In this document: positions 57,418-64,000 of the stretch, piece by piece
Position numbering within the stretch: position 1 is the first letter of the stretch
Layout of the letters: every line of letters begins with the position of its first letter
Source of the DNA: an uncultured Candidatus Babeliaceae bacterium
GTDB taxonomy: Bacteria > Babelota > Babeliae > Babelales > Babelaceae
NCBI GenBank assembly: GCA_963704655.1
Contig: OY969927.1
Coordinates: 160,001-224,000 of the forward strand
Reading direction: 5' to 3'
Length of the DNA stretch: 64,000 bases
Notes under the pieces: model-generated
What the model was told of the DNA's origin: nothing
Databases searched by the model: none
What the model saw: the letters and a program-made list of their open reading frames with translations, nothing else
Translations under genes and position numbers: made by a program

Positions 57418-59412
57418 ATGAAAAGTTACAAAATAATCTTATTTATCATAACTGTTGGCTGTTTTAGCCAACTTAATTCGATGCTTCCGCAAGCTGGGCG
57501 GTCGTTATTGCGGACAGCGCCGCGGATGGCGCCTGAGTTAGTGCAGCCGACACAGCGCCTGAGCTCTGTAATGCAAAATCGTGCATTATACTCGCAGTTA
57601 CCAAAAACAGTGAGTCAGGGACAGCAACAAGAATCTGGTGGCGAATCATCAACCCCTTGGTATTATAAAGTACCTCTTTATACGGGAGGTGCAGCTGCTA
57701 CAGTTGGAATGGCTTATTATAAAGCTAAAAATACTGCTCAAGAAGAAAGGGTTGCCGAATTAGAGGAAAAAATAGCGGTACTTGGTAATTATAGGACAAA
57801 CGCCTTTAAAGAAATCAGCTCTACAGATGGGCTGGATGTATTTTTGGGATACGTAAAATCGATGGGGAATTTAAATTTAGAAAATTTTTTGATGCTCTTG
57901 AATTACCTAAAGATGAATAAGCCTGAAGTTCTCCTAGCTGCTTTAGGCAAAGATGATTATTTTCTGGATTGGGTTGACTTGTTTTTACAAACAACGGCCT
58001 TTGAAAAATGGTTAATGGAAAACCCTCGTTATTTTGTAGAGTTTTTGAAAACAATTTCTTATCGATTTATGGATCCTCATTTTCAAAGAAGCAGTTTTCC
58101 GGAAGTTACGTTTAAAAAGATATTAAGTATTAGTGAAGTTTTAATACAAGATAGTCGTTATAAAAAAGCAATTCTTGATTTTTTTGACGCATTTGAGATT
58201 TTTCGTTTTCGTGATGAAAAATATTTTATAGAACTTTTACGTTTTATAGATAGGAAAAAGTATCCACATATTGCTAAAAATTTGCAGATTGGACCTTTTA
58301 ATAATAAAAAATTGTTATTCCTAAGAAATATGTACCAAGATGAAATTAAGCAGCTTGTTACAATTAAATCACTTGAGCAACAACGTGAAGAAAAGATGAT
58401 AGAACATCTTCATAATCCAATTCTATTGCCTAGTAAGCATTTGGCAAAATATCAAGAGCTGGATCCACGTTTTATTGAAGATATCATTAAAACCAAAAGT
58501 ATTGATCAATTTATAAGTGCGTTAGATAAGGCTGTAGATCTTAATAATCAAGGGTATATCGCTTTTTTCCATGGTCAAAATGAAAAATATGCATTGATAA
58601 ATGATCTTGGCACACAATTGCTCTTTCAGCTTGCAGGGCAAAAAAAACCTGCAGATTTTTATTTTTTACGCTTAAAATCGCATGATTTTAAAAAAATAAA
58701 TCTAGATCCACAGGAAGCTACTACACAAATAATAGAAGAACAACAAGATTTTATGAAATGGTTTAATTCAGGCAAAGGCGAGGATTACATGGCCTTGAAT
58801 CTCTTTCCATTTGGTAACATAGGTAATGAAGCGCGATACACACATTACTATGTAGAGAATAAGTATAGCCAAGATGAGACGAATTACGATTATTTATTAA
58901 AAAGTATATTTGATGATCTGGAAATACCGAATTTTAGTGCGAAAGAGCGTCAAAAAATTTATAATCTTTTGGATTTGGCTGTAAAAACATATCAAACAGG
59001 AAGACTTATTGTAATAGGGCTGCCTTACAATGTTGTATCAGAAAGAGTTTTTACGTATAAAGATTTTGGCGGCAGCATAAGTATCGATCAGCTTATTGAA
59101 AAACTTGGCAAACAAGAGAATTTATCTTTCAGAGAATTAGATGAATTTCATTGCGTTATGCCCTTAACTCCAGCTAGCGGACTTAACCCAGAAAGCGGTG
59201 TCAAGATTTATAATTTTGATAGCCCAGTTTCAAAAAAAGCCCAGCAAGAGTTTGATAAAGCAAAACAGGATTTTATTGATGGGGTTATAAACAGTTTAAA
59301 AGAGAGCGGCGATCTAGAGCGATCACAAAAAATCGCGCGAGATTATTTGAAATTGCTGCATGACGTGCATGTTGCCGAAGAGCTGCGACTTTCGGGGGTT
59401 GTTAAACATTAG
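57418..59412 (+). CDS. Large exported protein with mitochondrial-presequence-like segment and TM
   Basis: RBS aggagg; ...LNS|MLPQAGRSLLRTAPRM...NRALYS; VPLYTGGAAATVGMAYY. Confidence 0.75.
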   Translation: MKSYKIILFIITVGCFSQLNSMLPQAGRSLLRTAPRMAPELVQPTQRLSSVMQNRALYSQLPKTVSQGQQQESGGESSTPWYYKVPLYTGGAAATVGMAYYKAKNTAQEERVAELEEKIAVLGNYRTNAFKEISSTDGLDVFLGYVKSMGNLNLENFLMLLNYLKMNKPEVLLAALGKDDYFLDWVDLFLQTTAFEKWLMENPRYFVEFLKTISYRFMDPHFQRSSFPEVTFKKILSISEVLIQDSRYKKAILDFFDAFEIFRFRDEKYFIELLRFIDRKKYPHIAKNLQIGPFNNKKLLFLRNMYQDEIKQLVTIKSLEQQREEKMIEHLHNPILLPSKHLAKYQELDPRFIEDIIKTKSIDQFISALDKAVDLNNQGYIAFFHGQNEKYALINDLGTQLLFQLAGQKKPADFYFLRLKSHDFKKINLDPQEATTQIIEEQQDFMKWFNSGKGEDYMALNLFPFGNIGNEARYTHYYVENKYSQDETNYDYLLKSIFDDLEIPNFSAKERQKIYNLLDLAVKTYQTGRLIVIGLPYNVVSERVFTYKDFGGSISIDQLIEKLGKQENLSFRELDEFHCVMPLTPASGLNPESGVKIYNFDSPVSKKAQQEFDKAKQDFIDGVINSLKESGDLERSQKIARDYLKLLHDVHVAEELRLSGVVKH

Positions 59413-59451
59413 TTTTGCCTCTTATACCTATTTGTAGCTGTCCCTTATGTC

Positions 59452-59498
59452 CCCAACACTTCGACTTTGGCTTTCAGCCTCCGCTCAGTGTGAGCGGG
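59452..59498 (+). repeat. REP-like element, A variant with extra hairpin
   Basis: Near reverse complement of 49754-49801. Confidence 0.8.
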
Positions 59499-59550
59499 GT
59501 AGGGCTGGGTGCAGTGGCGATTAATCTTGATTTGGTTATAAATTATAAAT

Positions 59551-60192
59551 TTATAGCTTTGATATTTTATCCAAGTCTTTATTGTTGCCAGACAAGAGTA
59601 AAACGTCATTTTCTTTGATAACGTATTTTGATTCAATAGGGGTAAACTCGCCATTTGTCTGTTTGCCGATGCAGACAACATGAAATTGGTCATGAATAGC
59701 ACCAAGTGATTTGCCGACAAATTTCTTTGGTGCATCAAACTTACTGATCGAAAATTGTGGCGTAATAATGGCAAGTGATTCAAAGCGTAAGCTCAAATTG
59801 TCTGCAAGTAATGTGCCGATTTCTTGCTCAGGAAGTACAATCTGGTCTGCGCCAATAAGGCGTAAGATTTTTTTATGCATATCGCTGATAGAGCGGACAA
59901 TTACGCGGGGGAATTTTAAGTTCTGTTTTAAAAGGGCCGTAATGAGAATCGATTGGTCAAAATGTTCGCCCACTGCAACAATAATTGCCGTCATGTCATC
60001 AAGACCCAATGAGATCAGGGACTCTTCATTAGTGATTTCCATGCAGATTGCCTGTGATACTTGGTCCTTAATCGATTCAATAATTTGTTCATTACTGTCT
60101 ACAGCAAGTACTTCCATGCCGCGATTTGCAAGTGTTGTAGCAACTGCATATCCAAAACGACCAACGCCAATGACACAAAATTTCATAGCCAT
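59551..60192 (-). CDS. TrkA/KtrA K+ uptake regulatory subunit
   Basis: VIGVGRFG, IGADQIVLPE, RCK C-terminus. Confidence 0.92.
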   Translation of the reverse strand: MAMKFCVIGVGRFGYAVATTLANRGMEVLAVDSNEQIIESIKDQVSQAICMEITNEESLISLGLDDMTAIIVAVGEHFDQSILITALLKQNLKFPRVIVRSISDMHKKILRLIGADQIVLPEQEIGTLLADNLSLRFESLAIITPQFSISKFDAPKKFVGKSLGAIHDQFHVVCIGKQTNGEFTPIESKYVIKENDVLLLSGNNKDLDKISKL

Positions 60193-60291
60193 AAATTATC
60201 CTAACATAACTGTCGACCGCATGGATGGTGCAAAACGCACTGATTCGACAGGCTCACCACGAGCGGTCTTTTGTAACATGAGTTTTTTATT

Positions 60292-61638
60292 CTAACCAAT
60301 AATAACCCGTTCTTCAGGGTACTGTAATTCTTTTTTCTCTCGTTGTTTTCTAAATGCTAGCAGTAAGGTAAGCGAGCCAATGCGGCCAATAAACATGGTG
60401 ATAATGATGGTATATTTGCCCGCTGTTGAAAGATAGGGTGTTATCCCTGTAGAAAGTCCAAGGTTTGAAAATGCAGAAAAGGCTTCAAAGCTGATATCAA
60501 TAAATCGCCAGCCCTGTTCAGTTATAAGCAGGCAAAAGATGGTAACCGCTATCCACGTTAAACTCAGCGATAATACTGCCATAGCCTTAAATATCTGTTC
60601 ATTAGGGATAGTGCGTCCTTTAAGTTCAACCATTGATCGTCGACTAATGGTCGCTCGAATTGCAGCAAGAAAAAGAGCAAAGGTTGTTGTTTTGATACCA
60701 CTACCAGTAGATCCAGGTGAGGAACCGATAAATGAGATAATCATAATTAAAAAGAGTGTTGCAAAATGTATCGAAGGGATATCAAACGTAGTAAACCCAG
60801 AACTGCGGCAGGTGATAGCATTAAAAAGAGAGTTTAAAAATGCATAAACAAGACCATTGTCTGAGTTGCCGCGAATGTACTCTAAGTAAAAAAACATTGC
60901 ACTTGCAAAGCTTATAATCAGTATTGTTGTTGAAAGAACCAGTTTTGCATGTAATGACCAATGAAAATGTTTTTCTTCTCTAAGTGACTGAATATAAAAA
61001 ACAAATTCTTGCCAGACGATAAAGCCAAGCCCGCCCATAAATACTAAAACTGCTGTAATCGCAAGTAATGGGATATTGTAGGGCATAATCTTTTGAGTGT
61101 TTTCAAAAAAGCTTAACCCTGTGTTGGTAAAGGCAGAAACAGCATGAAAAAATGAATAAAATAACGCAGTTGAAAATGGGTACTGATTTTTAACAATAAA
61201 AAAAATAATCCCCGTGCCAATTGCTTCAACAATCAACGTCATACTTACGATAAAGAGTAAGAGGTTATGTGATGCGTTCCAGCTTTCAAGTTCGAGCATC
61301 TCGCCCGTTAAATAGCGCGTTGTTAACCGAAGCTCAAAAAATAACGATATCAGAAATATCGTAAGCGTCACAAGACCAAGTCCACCGATTTGCATGAGAA
61401 AAAGTAAAATGCAGTGGCCGGTGAAGGTGAACGAACTTAACGGTACCGTTAAAAGCCCTGTAACAGTGGTTAGCGAGGTCGCTGTAAAAAGGGCATTAAT
61501 AAAGCTTAATTCACCATAATGACTAAAGGGCATCCATAACAACAGCGCTCCAATAAGAGTAATTGCCGTTAGGGCGCAAATGATAATACGTCCAGGAGAA
61601 TAAAAAATGCTTTTTTTTGCTAAAAGATAGTTACGCAT
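60292..61638 (-). CDS. TrkH/KtrB K+ transporter
   Basis: TVTGL, QIGGLG, SAFTNTG, RSSGF, GSTGSGIK, LGLSTG, MFIGRIG. Confidence 0.93.
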   Translation of the reverse strand: MRNYLLAKKSIFYSPGRIIICALTAITLIGALLLWMPFSHYGELSFINALFTATSLTTVTGLLTVPLSSFTFTGHCILLFLMQIGGLGLVTLTIFLISLFFELRLTTRYLTGEMLELESWNASHNLLLFIVSMTLIVEAIGTGIIFFIVKNQYPFSTALFYSFFHAVSAFTNTGLSFFENTQKIMPYNIPLLAITAVLVFMGGLGFIVWQEFVFYIQSLREEKHFHWSLHAKLVLSTTILIISFASAMFFYLEYIRGNSDNGLVYAFLNSLFNAITCRSSGFTTFDIPSIHFATLFLIMIISFIGSSPGSTGSGIKTTTFALFLAAIRATISRRSMVELKGRTIPNEQIFKAMAVLSLSLTWIAVTIFCLLITEQGWRFIDISFEAFSAFSNLGLSTGITPYLSTAGKYTIIITMFIGRIGSLTLLLAFRKQREKKELQYPEERVIIG

Positions 61639-61697
61639 ATTTTAGAGTTTACCGTGCAGGGTTACAAAAGGTCAATAGACTTTTTTCTGAATCTCGC

Positions 61698-61762
61698 ACC
61701 CTTCGACTACGCTCAGGGCGAGCGGCCGCTCGTGGTGAGTGAAATCGAACCATTTGAGCGGT
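61698..61762 (+). repeat. Inverted pair of REP-like elements
   Basis: cccttcgactacgctcagggcgagcgg + ccgctcgtggtgagtgaaatcgaacca. Confidence 0.8.
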
Positions 61763-61763
61763 T

Positions 61764-63101
61764 TCAAAAAGATACCTTAAGCAACGTGTCTAATATGCTT
61801 TGAATATCATCGATTTTGATACGTTCTTGCTTCATTGAATCACGGTGGCGTATGGTAACGGTATTGTCTGTTTCAGAATCAAAATCGATGGTTATACAGA
61901 CCGGTGTTCCGATTTCATCTTGACGACGATAGCGTTTACCGATCGATCCAGAAAGATCGTATTCAACAGAGTAATTTGCATATTTTAGTTTTTTATAAAG
62001 TGCATGAGCTTGTTCATGCTGTTTTTTTGTTAGTGGCAATATCGCAGCAGTAATAGGTGCAACAGCAGGGTGCAAGCGTAATGCTGTACGTGTTTCACCA
62101 TCAACTTCATCTTCATAATAAGCATCAAACAGCAGCGTTAAAAAGAGTCTATCAAGGCCAACAGAGCATTCAACGACATGCGGCGTATACGATTCTTTTG
62201 TTTCTTCGTCATACACTTTTAAATCTTTGCCAGAATGTTGCATATGTTGTGTTAAATCGAAGTCACCACGATGCGCGATTCCTTCAAGCTCTTTCCAACC
62301 AAAGACGAAATTGTATTCGATATCACTGGTGCCACGGGAATAATGGGAAAGCTCGTCTTGAGCATGTTCACGCATGCGTAAACGTTCTGGGGTAATACCA
62401 ATGGTATGCATAAAGCTCATGCGTTGTTTGCGCCAAAAATCATAAAAGTTTGCACTTTCTGTTGGCTTGCAGAACCATTCAAGTTCCATCTGCTCAAACT
62501 CACGCATTCTGAATAAAAACTGTTTTGGCGTAATCTCGTTACGGAATGCCTTACCCTGTTGCGCAATACCAAATGGAATTTTAACGCGCGCGGTAGAAAA
62601 GACATTTTTAAAGTTTACAAAAATAGCCTGTGCTGTTTCTGGGCGTAAATAAGCAGTTGTCGATTGTCCAGTGTTTGCGCCAACTTGCGTAGTAAACATC
62701 AGGTTAAATTCGCGAACTTCTGTCCATTGCTTATTGCCACAGTGTGAACATGGTTTTCCAAGGTCTATGTCATCGGCACGAAAACGGTGTTTACAGACTA
62801 AACAATCGACCATAGGGTCATGGAAATTCGAAATATGACCAGAGGCTTTCCACATCGCTTCTGGGCCAATAAGTGAGCCTTCAAGAAAGACTACTTCTTG
62901 TTCAAGATGTTTTAATGCTTGGCTCCAGAGATTTCTGATATTTTGTTTCATTAAAGAGCCTAATGGGCCGCTGTCATACAAGCCGTTAACGCCGCCATAA
63001 ATTTCAGCGGACTGAAAGATAAAACCACGTCTTTTGCATAAAGATACGAGTTTTTCAAGAGATACAAACTTGTTTGGTTCAGAAGTATTTGACGTTTCCA
63101 T
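61764..63101 (-). CDS. glyQS: Glycine--tRNA ligase (alpha2 type)
   Basis: LCKRRGF, LRPETAQ, GKAFRNEITP, FRMREFEQ, IGKRYRRQDEIGTP; start METS after aagga RBS. Confidence 0.96.
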   Translation of the reverse strand: METSNTSEPNKFVSLEKLVSLCKRRGFIFQSAEIYGGVNGLYDSGPLGSLMKQNIRNLWSQALKHLEQEVVFLEGSLIGPEAMWKASGHISNFHDPMVDCLVCKHRFRADDIDLGKPCSHCGNKQWTEVREFNLMFTTQVGANTGQSTTAYLRPETAQAIFVNFKNVFSTARVKIPFGIAQQGKAFRNEITPKQFLFRMREFEQMELEWFCKPTESANFYDFWRKQRMSFMHTIGITPERLRMREHAQDELSHYSRGTSDIEYNFVFGWKELEGIAHRGDFDLTQHMQHSGKDLKVYDEETKESYTPHVVECSVGLDRLFLTLLFDAYYEDEVDGETRTALRLHPAVAPITAAILPLTKKQHEQAHALYKKLKYANYSVEYDLSGSIGKRYRRQDEIGTPVCITIDFDSETDNTVTIRHRDSMKQERIKIDDIQSILDTLLKVSF

Positions 63102-63115
63102 AGGGTCCTTATTCG

Positions 63116-63205
63116 GTGTCATCCTGATACTTTCAATAAACTCAGTACTAAAGACTCGCTCATCCTGAGCTTGTCGAAGGGTTAGCGGGTATTCAGGATC
63201 CATCT
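63116..63205 (+). repeat. Nested REP (family A pair inside family B)
   Basis: gtgtcatcctga[...ctcgctcatcctgagcttgtcgaagggttagcgggta]ttcaggatccatct. Confidence 0.8.
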
Positions 63206-63288
63206 ATAATTGTTAGATCACTATTTTATCATATTTTGTTTTTCGGGTACACTTTATGATGTTGTAATCTTAAAAAAAAGGACAAAAA

Positions 63289-64000
63289 ATGAAAAAATTA
63301 CTTATTGGTGTTATCATAGTGTCTGCCGGTTTGGTTTGCTATATCATATATCAGCAACAAAAAGACCGTATATATCATTCAGAAATTTTTGAAAAATTAA
63401 AGTCTCAGGTGAGCTCTTTGCGTGAAGCACAAGAGCAGAGCTCAGAAAGCGGTGCTACTGGAGGTGATGTTAGTAGACGTTGGTCTGATATACAGCCAAA
63501 GGTTAAAGATACCGTTGTACAGGTATGGGTTCAAAAGATAGATTTTAACTGGTTAGAACCGTACAAAACTCCACAACAGGGGCTTGCAACAGGAAGTGGC
63601 TTTTTTATTGATGAAAAGGGCTCTTTTATAACAAACTTTCATGTAATAAATGGTTCGGTTGCCGTTGAAGTGCAGATTCCAAGTATGGGCAAGCAGCGTC
63701 TTGCAGCAAAAGTTATTGCTCTTAATCCAGATCGCGATATTGCTCTTGCGCGTTTAACCGATGAATCACTTGAACGTGTTAAAGAAACACTTGGGTTTAT
63801 CCCGTATTTACGTTTTGGTAACTCAGATTCTGTCCGCAGATCAGACGAGATTATGACACTTGGTTACCCATTGGGACAGCAATCTCTTAAAAGTACCACG
63901 GGTGTTGTCAGTGGCCGTGAGCATATGGATGGTCACTATATGATTCAAATTAGTGCGCCGATTAATCCGGGTAATTCTGGTGGCCCTTCAGTTAACCAGG
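63289..64000 (+). CDS. Membrane-anchored trypsin-like (HtrA/DegP-type) serine protease, 3' truncated
   Basis: Manual translation: N-terminal TM, GSGFFI, ITNFHV, DIAL, LGYPLG, INPGNSGGP. Confidence 0.92.
   Translation, partial: MKKLLIGVIIVSAGLVCYIIYQQQKDRIYHSEIFEKLKSQVSSLREAQEQSSESGATGGDVSRRWSDIQPKVKDTVVQVWVQKIDFNWLEPYKTPQQGLATGSGFFIDEKGSFITNFHVINGSVAVEVQIPSMGKQRLAAKVIALNPDRDIALARLTDESLERVKETLGFIPYLRFGNSDSVRRSDEIMTLGYPLGQQSLKSTTGVVSGREHMDGHYMIQISAPINPGNSGGPSVNQ

Noticed and set aside
59711-60295. 194-aa plus-strand ORF
   Set aside because: Antisense shadow of trkA/ktrA
63102-63203. N-terminal extension of GlyRS (MDPEYPLTLRQAQDER...)
   Set aside because: It is the translation of nested REP DNA; a better RBS and start lie at 63101

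Overview
AT-rich bacterial chromosome segment. The housekeeping genes and the many orphan proteins with signal peptides suggest an intracellular parasite of protists, most likely Ca. Dependentiae (Babeliae/TM6); this is inference from gene style. Core genes include zwf, gnd, rapZ, sodA, sppA, prfA, rpmE2, ppsA, galU, pheS, rnpA, rpmH, trxB, tig, frr, tsf, rplU, a Trk/Ktr pair, glyQS and 5 tRNAs. They are interleaved with secreted effector-like genes: Sel1, WD40-like, PLD, PLD plus ART-like, GNAT and M48-like. Top findings: (1) Four exported proteins (27705-30087 and 57418-59412) have a bipartite leader, a bacterial Sec signal followed by a new Met and what reads as a eukaryotic mitochondrial presequence. 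This is a candidate host-mitochondrion effector system; NLS-like and tail-anchor-like labels occur on other exported proteins. (2) Short palindromic REP-like repeats nest inside each other, sit between variable-length (7-22 bp) direct repeats, and one lies in-frame inside zwf. (3) An orphan MurL-like epimerase sits between two FAD amine/D-amino-acid oxidase-like genes. No CRISPR array, rRNA, integrase or transposase was seen.
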